DNA of 64,000 bases, taken from assembly GCA_045130275.1 (NCBI GenBank), contig JBGUPL010000029.1, positions 17,452-81,451 of the forward strand. Reading direction: 5' to 3'. Each line of letters opens with the position of its first letter. Position 1 is the first letter of the stretch. Below, in pieces: positions 54,101 to 62,532 of the stretch. Position numbers and translations under genes: made by a program. The stretch is from Bacteroidales bacterium. GTDB lineage: Bacteria; Bacteroidota; Bacteroidia; Bacteroidales; WCHB1-69. Under the pieces are notes generated by a model that saw only the letters and a program-made list of their open reading frames with translations, was not told where the DNA came from and made no database searches.

Positions 54101-57100
54101 GCGGAGTGGGTGAATTTGAGAGGGAAGACCCGTACAATCACCTATCCTGTGACGAAAGACGACATCGGCGGTATGAGTGTCCATCTGCTGTGCATCCATC
54201 AGAACAATAAGGAAGAGGAAACTCGTTCAGTCTCCGTCACCGACAAGATGAAAGACATCCATTTCGAATTCCTACGCTTCCGCGACAAGACGCTGCCGGG
54301 AAGTCCGGAGGAGTATCAGGTTCGCCTCGCCGACAAAGACGGGAAGCCTGTTTCCGCCGAACTTCTGTGCTCAATGTACGACATGGCGTTGGATGCCTTG
54401 GGAAGCCACAACTACCATTCCTTGAGATTTTATACTCCGTGGAACAATGCCGATGGCAGTTTCCGTGAACTGTATTTTGAAACTTCCTCCAGCGAGCACA
54501 ACTATCGGAACATCTCCTTGTACTATACCGTCCACATGTCTGGAGATTGGCTGAGGTTTAACCCAGGTAGCTGCACGCGTTACTATGGAAAGATGTTTTC
54601 CGTGCGCGGCAACCGCAGCGACGGCGCCCAGACGATAGTGGATGGTGTGCGGGTTAGAGGCTATGACAATGGTGTTGATTATTCTGAAGATGAGGTGGTT
54701 CTGAATGTTGTCGAGGATAATATTGCAGTTGAGGAGAGTGCTGTGATGTACGATGCGGCCGCTCCTCCTATGCCAGCCGCCAAGAGAGTTGCAGGTGGGG
54801 CATCCGACGCTCCCGCCGAGCAGATCCGCACCAACTTCAACGAGACTGCCTTCTTCTACCCGCAGCTGCGCACCGACGAGCGCGGCGATGTCTATATCAG
54901 CTTCACCATGCCCGACGCGCTCACCAAGTGGAAGATGCAAGGCGTGGCCCATAATCCCGCTCTGATGACCGGCCGTTTCGAGAAGTTCGTGCAAACCGCC
55001 AAGGACGTGATGATCGTGCCCAACGCCCCGCGCTTCCTCCGCGAGGGCGACACCATGGACTTCTCCGCCAAGGTGGTGAACATGAGCGGCCGGAACATTT
55101 GCGGCTACGTGACACTGCAGATGTTCAACGCCGTGAACAACCAACCCGTTTCGATGATCATTACGGATTCGGACCGTAGAGACGTGTCATGGCGCGTCTC
55201 TACAGAGGGAAATCAACAATATGAAATTCCCGCCAACTCCTCCTCCGAAATCCATTTCCGCATCGTCGTCCCCGAGGACGTTCCCGCCGTCACCTACCGT
55301 ATCGTCGCGCACAACACCGACCCGCAGGAGGTGGCCGGCGACGGAGAGGAGAAGACCCTCCCGGTGCTCACCAACCGCATGATGGTGACGGAAACGATGC
55401 CGTTCTATATCTCGGGGAAAGGCTCGAAATCGTTTACCTTCAATAAATTGCGGGATGCATTCGGCGCGACGGCCAGCAATACCCTCAAACATTACCGCCT
55501 TACCGTGGAATGCACGCCCAACCCTGTCTGGTACGCCATCCAGGCGATGCCCTACATGATGGAATACCCGCACGAGTGCAACGAACAGCGCTTCAGCCGC
55601 TACTACGCCAACGCCCTCGCCACCCACATCCTGAAGGCCAACCCCGTCATCGAGGAGGTCTTCAACCGCTGGCAGGTGGAGAGTCCCGACGCCTTCTGCT
55701 CCGCCTTGGAGAAGAACCAGGAACTCAAGCAGGTGATACTGGAGGAGACCCCGTGGGTGCTCGACGCGCAACGCGAAGGGGCCAACAAGCAGGCACTTGC
55801 CGCGATGTTCGACTTCAAACGGATGTCCAAGGAGGAGACTGCCACGCTTAAGAAACTGCAGCAGGCGCAGAACGGCGACGGCGGCTGGCCGTGGTTCTCC
55901 GGCGGCAAGAGCTGCGACTTCATCACACGGCACATCGTGGCGGGCTTCGGTCACCTCAAAGCCCTCGGTGTCAGCACCGATGTGGCTAATTCCACGCTCC
56001 GCAGCGCTGTCTCCTACATGGACGGGCAGATGTACCAACGCTACCTTGACCGCAAGAAATACCACTACACTTACGTCGATGAAACGCACTACCTCTACGC
56101 TCGCAGTTTCTACAAAGACAAGATATCCGCCAAGCACAAAGTCGCCTACGACACCTGCTACAAGGCTTTGTTGAGGGGTTGGAAAGACGAAACCTTCTAC
56201 ACGCAGGCGATGATCGCGCTCACCGCTTGGCGCAACGGCGATCAGAAGGTGGCGAAGGAAATTGTGGCCTACCTCAAGAGCATGGCCCAGCATGACGAGG
56301 AGATGGGCATGTTTTGGAAGAAGCAGGGTGGGGGATGGTTTTGGTACGAGCAACCCGTGGAGCGACAGGCGATGCTGATCGAGGCGTTTCACACCATCAC
56401 ACCAGAAGACGAAGAGTCGCTGGCACAGATGCAGTTATGGCTCCTCAAACAGAAGCAGACCCAGCACTGGAGCACCACGAAATCGACCACGGAAGCCATC
56501 TACGCGCTGCTGCTGAACAAGACGCTCGTAGCTGAGGACAAGACTGTTGCTGTCACCGTGGGGAACGTGCGTCTGCCGGATGAGACCGTACAGACCGAGG
56601 CGGGCACCGGCTATTTCAAGAAAGCATGGACAGGCGAGGAAATCACCGCCGACAAGGCCAATGTTCGCATCGAGAAAGGCACCGACGGTCCCGCCTGGGG
56701 TGGCCTCTACTGGCAGTATTTCGAGAATCTCGACAAAATCACCCGCAGCGACGACAAGAATCTGGTCATTGAGAAGCAACTCTACAAGGTGGAGAACACC
56801 GACAAGGGCGAAGTGCTGAAGGCCATTTCAGAGAATCAGCCGCTGCAAAAGGGCGACAAGGTGCGCGTGAGGGTGGTCATTACCGCCGACCGCGACATGG
56901 AGTTCGTGCACCTCAAAGACATGCGCGCTGCCACCTTCGAGCCCGTCAACGTCTTCTCGCAGTACAAATACCAGGATGGATTGTGGTACTATGAGGCCAC
57001 CAAAGACGCGGCCACCCACTTCTTCATCGACTGGATGCCGAAAGGCAAGTACGTTTTCGAATACACCCTCTTCGCCACGCAGTCGGGCGACTTCAGCAAC

Positions 57101-57178
57101 GGCATCACGCACATCGAGTGCATGTACGCGCCGGAGTTCCAGTCGCATTCGGCTGGGGTGAGGGTGAAGGTTCGGTAA
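51197..57178 (+). CDS. alpha-2-macroglobulin family protein (bacterial A2M, thioester-type)
   Basis: ~1993 aa. Signal peptide MKRTLITATMVITTLITASGQ. Repeated MG-like domains. YPHECNEQRFS matches the CxEQ thioester motif. The ORF track start at 51134 lies inside leader hairpins. Confidence 0.85.
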   Translation: MKRTLITATMVITTLITASGQSQSPAAIAKKWDEIRHLCEKYDNGADSAYRILNEQIAATQKDPVANAIWHSCMGQFLSEYCDGNRYRISERTQLAEEPPADFKEWDLKTFQRRAHEEYLLSLQNAQALQTVDAKEYSELLYEKSDNKPYIRSLYEVLAYRALTWFSSQLRNERADLSLAGDALWHNDQFLEMPLHITENSTMMQTVLSIYQGLTRHYQTQGQEMELILLTIDRYNFMRNQGFAPDNSMDWYISFLEKWAKECESMQGYGLIAYRIGSLYLNQYQDLIQNGEGHWEDQCRDILLKAESWLKIAINASGKSFYRDDVDKTLRELHGRTVSAYSLTGDQTVSPTGEPTLWRVKYVNCKQLYVWVVKATPASIQLPQNKIFAFLSSQKHVYDEIVELPDNQDMMTHMGLYLLPKLPAGAYWFVVSDQPQEKWDKNTPRECSLFQVSDIKLLPRSADDGLEVLAVHRKTGEPLSNAKVTMNKSKQIITRTTDRDGFCLFERKDNQYSGCDGFTATWQGQTLLAANRFSWWSRGDLSLKDRINAHLFTDRSLYRPGQTVYFKGIFEFIYEDEKSVLLADTSVKVILKDANYQQVDEIELRTNEFGSIAGEFTLPEGGLTGMFHIYAYVDDQSFSHAISVEEYKLPAFEVKVEMPEETFTIGQEVTVKGSAMALAGYPLDGASLSYRVTRSTSFPWWRSYWWHPTSEPLDVAHGTLETDNDGIFRISFQTEEDKTLRQYTPLYRYEVSVDVTDINGETHSGSTVVYVSSRNLLLSCDLPGEIAAGKTDNQYRISLTNTAGKPQSGTVGYELFRLQAPDRYMYEVKSKQDVVITDTNLIRQKFPWLAFHDEQMRENWPAVPIQKGTVEVSKDSAAYFTFPGLENLPDGYYKVLLYTEDNNGNRIESEGYTLIYREDSKKCSAYKQLWVAMDNSVNIGETLTITLGSILPEANVLCEIYSHDKKVFAEWVNLRGKTRTITYPVTKDDIGGMSVHLLCIHQNNKEEETRSVSVTDKMKDIHFEFLRFRDKTLPGSPEEYQVRLADKDGKPVSAELLCSMYDMALDALGSHNYHSLRFYTPWNNADGSFRELYFETSSSEHNYRNISLYYTVHMSGDWLRFNPGSCTRYYGKMFSVRGNRSDGAQTIVDGVRVRGYDNGVDYSEDEVVLNVVEDNIAVEESAVMYDAAAPPMPAAKRVAGGASDAPAEQIRTNFNETAFFYPQLRTDERGDVYISFTMPDALTKWKMQGVAHNPALMTGRFEKFVQTAKDVMIVPNAPRFLREGDTMDFSAKVVNMSGRNICGYVTLQMFNAVNNQPVSMIITDSDRRDVSWRVSTEGNQQYEIPANSSSEIHFRIVVPEDVPAVTYRIVAHNTDPQEVAGDGEEKTLPVLTNRMMVTETMPFYISGKGSKSFTFNKLRDAFGATASNTLKHYRLTVECTPNPVWYAIQAMPYMMEYPHECNEQRFSRYYANALATHILKANPVIEEVFNRWQVESPDAFCSALEKNQELKQVILEETPWVLDAQREGANKQALAAMFDFKRMSKEETATLKKLQQAQNGDGGWPWFSGGKSCDFITRHIVAGFGHLKALGVSTDVANSTLRSAVSYMDGQMYQRYLDRKKYHYTYVDETHYLYARSFYKDKISAKHKVAYDTCYKALLRGWKDETFYTQAMIALTAWRNGDQKVAKEIVAYLKSMAQHDEEMGMFWKKQGGGWFWYEQPVERQAMLIEAFHTITPEDEESLAQMQLWLLKQKQTQHWSTTKSTTEAIYALLLNKTLVAEDKTVAVTVGNVRLPDETVQTEAGTGYFKKAWTGEEITADKANVRIEKGTDGPAWGGLYWQYFENLDKITRSDDKNLVIEKQLYKVENTDKGEVLKAISENQPLQKGDKVRVRVVITADRDMEFVHLKDMRAATFEPVNVFSQYKYQDGLWYYEATKDAATHFFIDWMPKGKYVFEYTLFATQSGDFSNGITHIECMYAPEFQSHSAGVRVKVR
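55176..55203. repeat. 28-nt palindromic element GTAGAGACGTGTCATGGCGCGTCTCTAC in-frame within the A2M gene
   Basis: The reverse complement differs by 1 nt from 11904-11931. Encodes RRDVSWRVST. Confidence 0.8.
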
Positions 57179-57195
57179 TAAGGTGTCAACGCGGA

Positions 57196-59025
57196 TTAGG
57201 GTCTCATCGCACTCTTATACCCTTTTCCCTTCCATACCGGCCACTCTATGGCCATGATGATGCCGTAAAACCGCTCGAAATCAGCTTTGAAGGCATCTTC
57301 GGTGGGCCAATAAGGGTAGGCGTTCCAGGCACGCTCGGCCGTGCCGAGACCTTTGGGGAGCATCTGGTAGGTGGCGTCGGAGAAGCTGCGGAGCTGAGAC
57401 GACCACAGTGCGGCCTCCACCCCGACGATGTCGCCGAGGTATTCCTTGGGCTGCAACGAGAAAGTTTTCCGCTCATCCACATAGCCGGCCCAGTTGAGGC
57501 CGATTTCGAACGGACTGTCGTTGTAAGCCAAATCCAAATAGGTGTGGTCCGCGGGAGAAACCACCACGGGGAATCCTTCTATTCCCTTGGTATTCCATAC
57601 GTTGAGGAAAAAGAGCGACTTTCGCAACCGCTCCTGCGTCTCGGGCGTCAGGTTGCGGGCGATGTCTTCCCAGCCCGCCAGTTTGATGCCGCGCTCCTCG
57701 GCCAAGTCTAACATCCCGTTGATAAACTGCTCTTTCAGAGCCTTGCGGTCGTGGCCCGACCACGCGCCAGCAGGCACCTCGTCGCCGCCGATGTGGATGG
57801 CGGGCAACGGCACCTCGGCCTCGCGATGCAGCCGGATCACCTCATCGAAAACCTTTCCGTAGAATGTGTAAACACTTGGCAGATAGACACTCAGCACATT
57901 GTCTGTGAAGTCCTGCGCCGACCAATAGTGCGAGGTGTCGGTAGGGTCCTGCAACCGATAGGTGGTGTCTCCTGTGCGCCGCTCGTAAGCCTGCATCGCC
58001 TTGATGGAGGCACGCGAGTGCCCAGGGGTGTCGAATTCCGGCACCACCCGGATGCGTCGCTCCCACGCGTAACGGAGAATCCGCTGGTACTCCTCCGCTG
58101 TGTAATAGGTGCTGTAGCCGATGCGCCCGTTGCAGGTGGGCTTCAGCGCGGCGGTCTCCTGCAGGTTCCAGTCGGGTAGTTCGTGGTGCGCCCCGTATTC
58201 CGTAAGCTCCGGCAACCCGTTGATTTCCAGACACCACGACTCATCGTCCGCGATGTGGAAGTGCAGCGTGTTGAGTTTCCATTCCGCCATCAGGTCGAGG
58301 ATGGCCAGCACTTCGTCCAACGTGCGGAAGTCACGTGCCACATCGAGCATGAACCCACGGTAGGGCATGTCGGGCCAGTCCTCGATGGTGAAGGGAATAA
58401 GCGGTTCCCTCAGCTTTCCGAGGGTCATCTTCGCATAGAATTCGCCATCCTCATCTTCGGATTCCACCCAAACATTGTCATAATCCATAATCGTGATGCG
58501 GTACCAGCCGGCGGGGTGCTCGCCGCTGTCCTCCATCGGTTCCGTGCCAAAGTGCATGCGTTTCACTCGGGGGATGATCTCGCCGAAGGAAATCTCACCG
58601 CCACTGGGGGCCTGTCTGTTGGCAACAACGGCAGTATCTTTCTGTCTAATAAAGTGATACGTCACCTCCATCGGTTGGTCGGGCTTGCCCTTTTGCTGGA
58701 GGACGAAGCCTTCGGGCGCCCAACCGTGTCGCGGCAACGGCCGACCGAAGTATTTTAACGTGACCTTGCCGCTTTTCGGGATATCGATGTACCAGGAAGT
58801 GCCCTGATAGTGGTGCATGGCGGGGCCTTCGAGGTACGTTTTGCCGTCGAAGAGTTCCTGGAACCAGACGCGGGAGCCTTTGGTCACGTTGTGGAGCACG
58901 AGGGTGTGCAGCGCGTGGCCCGAGCTGTCCGCCGCACCCTCCGTCCACTCGGTTCTCGGCGCCTGCGCGAAGACGGCGGCGTGGAGCAGGAGGAATAGGA
59001 AAATGTTGGTTATGAACGGTCTCAT
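57196..59025 (-). CDS. beta-N-acetylhexosaminidase (GH20)
   Basis: PEFDTPGHSRA and IHIGGDEVP catalytic region. Signal peptide present. Confidence 0.9.
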   Translation of the reverse strand: MRPFITNIFLFLLLHAAVFAQAPRTEWTEGAADSSGHALHTLVLHNVTKGSRVWFQELFDGKTYLEGPAMHHYQGTSWYIDIPKSGKVTLKYFGRPLPRHGWAPEGFVLQQKGKPDQPMEVTYHFIRQKDTAVVANRQAPSGGEISFGEIIPRVKRMHFGTEPMEDSGEHPAGWYRITIMDYDNVWVESEDEDGEFYAKMTLGKLREPLIPFTIEDWPDMPYRGFMLDVARDFRTLDEVLAILDLMAEWKLNTLHFHIADDESWCLEINGLPELTEYGAHHELPDWNLQETAALKPTCNGRIGYSTYYTAEEYQRILRYAWERRIRVVPEFDTPGHSRASIKAMQAYERRTGDTTYRLQDPTDTSHYWSAQDFTDNVLSVYLPSVYTFYGKVFDEVIRLHREAEVPLPAIHIGGDEVPAGAWSGHDRKALKEQFINGMLDLAEERGIKLAGWEDIARNLTPETQERLRKSLFFLNVWNTKGIEGFPVVVSPADHTYLDLAYNDSPFEIGLNWAGYVDERKTFSLQPKEYLGDIVGVEAALWSSQLRSFSDATYQMLPKGLGTAERAWNAYPYWPTEDAFKADFERFYGIIMAIEWPVWKGKGYKSAMRP

Positions 59026-59096
59026 TCTTTGTCAAATTTCACCGCAAAAATACGATTTTTATTGGATTGCGTTAGCAGAAATCCCAATCCCCGTTG

Positions 59097-59140
59097 GGGC
59101 GAATAATTATTCACCCCTACGCGGAAATTCGCCCCTACAA
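59097..59140. repeat. GGGGCGAATAATTATTCACCCCT palindrome plus an extra right arm (GAAATTCGCCCCTAC)
   Basis: Same family as 34737-34760. Overlaps the 3' end of the 59107-59439 gene and is probably its terminator. Confidence 0.75.
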
Positions 59141-59439
59141 TCCTTCAGCAAGAACTTCGCCACCGTTTTCCCCTGATGTTCCATCTTTTCCAACGACGCC
59201 AATGCCCGTTGCTTCACTGCATCATCTTCATTCTCTGAATGGTTGAGGATGAGGTGGAGTTCATCCGCGACGGGATGTTCTGGCAATTCGCCGTCTAACG
59301 TACGAAACACCTTGAAGATGATGTTTGTGTTCACGGAATGGAACCGCTTCTCGAAAAAATATTCGTGGCTCGGGATGCTCTCCGGCAGCAGTCCGGGGAA
59401 TGTGTCGCAAAGCAGGATGTTGATGACGGCTTGGTGCAT
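59107..59439 (-). CDS. hypothetical protein
   Basis: 110 aa from MHQAVINILL. The track's TTG start lies inside the -7 box. No family recognised. Confidence 0.45.
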   Translation of the reverse strand: MHQAVINILLCDTFPGLLPESIPSHEYFFEKRFHSVNTNIIFKVFRTLDGELPEHPVADELHLILNHSENEDDAVKQRALASLEKMEHQGKTVAKFLLKDCRGEFPRRGE

Positions 59440-59460
59440 AGGTTTGTTGATTTCAGGCGG

Positions 59461-59468
59461 CAAAAATA
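59461..59468 (-). promoter_or_regulatory. -7 box (TATTTTTG on the minus strand) within a duplicated ~35-nt promoter segment
   Basis: The reverse complement of CAAAAATA. The segment 59459-59494 shares an exact 21-mer with 60591-60624. Confidence 0.5.
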
Positions 59469-59512
59469 CTTTTTTTCAACAAACTGCAACCTATCAATAT
59501 TATTGTCATAAT

Positions 59513-59905
59513 TTAAGCTCTGTGTGCGTAAATGTCCCCGAAACGATATTCGATAAACAAAACTTGGAACACATCACCGTCTCTATATCCAAGAAAAACA
59601 TGGTTGTCACCTGTAGCACGTAAGACAATGAGCTTCCTCAATCCGAAAGGAACATGTTGCAAAGCACTCCGTGTCAAGCTACTAACGCCTATTGTTTCCG
59701 ATCCGAAACCATGTCGTTGCGTAGTCCGAATCTCATCCCACGTCATGTTGCAGAATGACTTTAGACGGTGGATGTACTCAATAAAAAACTTAGAATCGTT
59801 GCGTGCCATAATAAAACTCACATCACGTATCTCAGAGAAACCGAAAGAGACTTTCTGACGAGCGATCTTTTCTATAGGCTTTTGGGTCAACGTGTTAGTC
59901 TTCAC
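59513..59905 (-). CDS. uncharacterised 130-aa protein, candidate toxin partner of the Panacea-domain gene
   Basis: 11-nt overlap with the upstream PanA-like gene. The C-terminal LIVLRATGDNHVFLGYRDGDVFQVLFIEYRFGDIYAH strand pattern is loosely RelE/HigB-like. Inference only. Confidence 0.5.
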   Translation of the reverse strand: MKTNTLTQKPIEKIARQKVSFGFSEIRDVSFIMARNDSKFFIEYIHRLKSFCNMTWDEIRTTQRHGFGSETIGVSSLTRSALQHVPFGLRKLIVLRATGDNHVFLGYRDGDVFQVLFIEYRFGDIYAHRA

Positions 59906-60347
59906 TATATTGTGTTTTAAAATAGGATTTCATGGTTTCCACGGGAATGACGCTCCCCCTGTCATGGGGCTTGACACTCAACCATGGATATTCGGTATGG
60001 GTTTTGTTCATCAGGCCAATGGCCGAGAATTCCCTAAAAGCGTCAAAAACCCGATAGAAAAGAGATTCCTCCCTGTCTTCCAAAACGATGACATCGTCGC
60101 TGACAGGCAAACTAGTGGCACCATATTGTTGGAAATAATCATAAGTCACAGGCACGACCGGGCCGTAAATCCACGCTTCCACCGCCTCGTTAAACAAAGG
60201 AGTGTCGAAAGCGGCCAAATGGTATCCCTGCTGATAGTACAACAGCTTCTGCAACTTGAGGTTGGTGATATTGTCGCCTCCGTTGGCAATATCGTCATCC
60301 GCCATCTTGATCAGTTTCTTCGCTATGTCAATAACATTGTATGCCAT
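59895..60347 (-). CDS. Panacea (DUF4065 / SocA-like) antitoxin-domain protein
   Basis: ITNLKLQKLLYYQQGYHLAAFDTPLFNEAVEAWIYGPVVPVTYDYFQQYG is the characteristic DUF4065 core. Start at MAYNVIDIAKKLI, 21 nt below a -7 box (60369-60376). Confidence 0.8.
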   Translation of the reverse strand: MAYNVIDIAKKLIKMADDDIANGGDNITNLKLQKLLYYQQGYHLAAFDTPLFNEAVEAWIYGPVVPVTYDYFQQYGATSLPVSDDVIVLEDREESLFYRVFDAFREFSAIGLMNKTHTEYPWLSVKPHDRGSVIPVETMKSYFKTQYSED

Positions 60348-60739
60348 ACATTCAGAATAATAATGCGGCAAAAATACAACAATTCAACAATATGAACAAT
60401 GTTAAAATCTTGAATTTTTTCAAAAAAGTGACAAACTCTTCGTTTTTCAATGCTTTTCTGCCGTTATCGTATGGTTTTTGACATGTTTGTTGATATTTGA
60501 TGCGAGAACAACGAAATGTCGCAGTTTGATGTTTTTTAGTCTTTTGACAAAAATATGAAATACTACTTCCCATTTTCAATTATAATCGGGAGCAAAATAC
60601 ATTTTTTCAACAAACTGCAACCATTTGGAATTTATGCGTCATACATATAAATAATGTTGTAACTTTGCCGCGCCGTTGTCTTCGGAGGTTGTTTCCGGAC
60701 TTTGCATCGATCGTGGACGCGGCGTGAAAAAAAACAAAA

Positions 60740-61618
60740 ATGTGCCACAATATGAATACCACTATCGAAAAAGCCCTTGATTACCGCTGTTTTTTACTCG
60801 GAATCATTCTTTACTGGATGTTTGACGCTGTTTGGACATCCTTCGCCCCGTTTTTCTTCGCGCTGGAAGCCGTGCTGCATCCGATAGCCATAGTCGTCGG
60901 GAAATCCCTGCTGTTCCTGCTGGTTTTTTATCTCCTGTTCCGCAAACCGAGGCTCTTCGATGTCAAATGGGGACATCTCGCGATGTTGGTCGGTTTTATT
61001 CTCCTGATGACGGCGCTGGATTATTTTCTGCTCGACCGCTTCTTTGACCTTCATTCTGTCGCGGACAATCGGATGGAATGTGACGTTACTATGTCAACGA
61101 TGCGAAATGTGCGGAAGTGGGCGAATCTGGCCGTTTCGCTCCTCTTCATCGGTTTCTTGTGGTGGCGTTACTATTCCGAGAATACGGAAGCCGATGCGGA
61201 AGTCTCGGCAGGAAAATCGCGAAGTTTTTACGCAGGGATATTATTTGTCATAACCATCGGATATATGCTCTATGCCATTTCCATTTTAGGAGGCATATTG
61301 TGGTTTTATGTGCATCAGCCGGTGTTGATGGAGGTCATTCTTTGCCTGCTGATGGCCTTGGTAGCAGGTGTAGCCATCTATTTGCTGGCCAAAAGGCGGA
61401 CGATAGTTTTTCCGCTTGCGGTGATTTTAGCGGTTGTTGCCGTTCATTTTTTCATTTCCAACTATTTGGGAGTCATCCTGTTTGAACATGGCACGGCAAA
61501 CACAGTCACCACCCAAAATGGGATGTTATTCGACAATGTCGCCAATTGTTGTGATTGGGTGTTGTTTTTGACCGCCTTTGTCCTCTACCGCAGGGAGATG
61601 AAACAACAAAATGTGTGA
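60740..61618 (+). CDS. polytopic membrane protein, hypothetical
   Basis: 292 aa with ~7-8 hydrophobic helices. -7 box TAACTTTG upstream. No family recognised. Confidence 0.55.
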   Translation: MCHNMNTTIEKALDYRCFLLGIILYWMFDAVWTSFAPFFFALEAVLHPIAIVVGKSLLFLLVFYLLFRKPRLFDVKWGHLAMLVGFILLMTALDYFLLDRFFDLHSVADNRMECDVTMSTMRNVRKWANLAVSLLFIGFLWWRYYSENTEADAEVSAGKSRSFYAGILFVITIGYMLYAISILGGILWFYVHQPVLMEVILCLLMALVAGVAIYLLAKRRTIVFPLAVILAVVAVHFFISNYLGVILFEHGTANTVTTQNGMLFDNVANCCDWVLFLTAFVLYRREMKQQNV

Positions 61619-61812
61619 TTTTCCCCGCAGACCTGTCGGCCTGCGAAAGAGCCTGCTGACACCAGCAGTCGTGACGTGTATGGGGCACCGTTTCAGACGC
61701 TAATCAGCCAGTTAGGGCTGATGGGCTCGGTAGCAAATGGCGTGGAAGGGCAGCTCGTACTTGACAGGTGCAGAATTTCACCCGTGTTTTGCTGTAGGGA
61801 ATTGCGTTATGC

Positions 61813-62523
61813 TCAGATTCGTCCCTCTTCCGCAAAACTGTAATACCGTTCTTTATGGATGATGAGGTGGTCAACTAAGAGCAAGTCCATCAACTCGGCA
61901 GCGCTGCGTAGTTTGTCTGTCAGCTGGATGTCGGCCTTGCTGGGCCGCACGGATCCGGACGGATGATTGTGGCACAGGATGATTTGTGTGGCTTTGTTCA
62001 GAACCGCCTCTTGCATTACAATACGTGTGTCCACTTCGGTGCCGGTAATTCCGCCTTTGCTGATTTGGACTGTCTTGAGGATCCGGTTGGCGTGGTTCAG
62101 GTAAATGGCCCAAAACTCCTCGTGGTCGAGGTAGGCGATTTTGTCTTGCATCAGATTCACCACATCGTGACTGTTGTGGATTTGCAGGCTCACTTCCACC
62201 TTCTCGGCGCGGGTGCGCTTCCCGAGTTCAAAAGCGGAGAGCAGGGAGATGGCTTTCGCCTGTCCGATGCCTTTGATTTGCGAGAGCTCTCGCAGCGACA
62301 TGTCGGAAATGTTGTTGAGGCTGTTCCCCGAAGAGACGAGTAGTCTTTTGGCCAAGTCCACAGCGGATTCGGCGGCGTTCCCGGTGCGCAGCAAGATTGC
62401 GATTAGTTCCGCGTCGGACAAGACTGAGGCACCGCTTTTGGCGTATTTCTCTCGTGGTCGGTCTTGGACGCTCCACTCTTTGATGGTCAGTTTTCTGTTT
62501 TCGTAGTTTTGGGGGTCGTTCAT
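61813..62523 (-). CDS. radC: RadC-family JAB/MPN domain protein
   Basis: HhH region plus HNHPSG JAMM motif. Confidence 0.85.
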   Translation of the reverse strand: MNDPQNYENRKLTIKEWSVQDRPREKYAKSGASVLSDAELIAILLRTGNAAESAVDLAKRLLVSSGNSLNNISDMSLRELSQIKGIGQAKAISLLSAFELGKRTRAEKVEVSLQIHNSHDVVNLMQDKIAYLDHEEFWAIYLNHANRILKTVQISKGGITGTEVDTRIVMQEAVLNKATQIILCHNHPSGSVRPSKADIQLTDKLRSAAELMDLLLVDHLIIHKERYYSFAEEGRI

Positions 62524-62532
62524 GGATTTTGG

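Noticed and set aside
60352-60579. 75-aa ORF (basic, Cys-containing, hydrophobic C-terminus) upstream of the PanA gene, as a possible small membrane toxin.
   Set aside because: It starts at TTG, is very AT-rich, and contains the PanA promoter box within its 3' end. It is preceded by a degraded copy of the promoter. It cannot be supported as coding without conservation or expression data.
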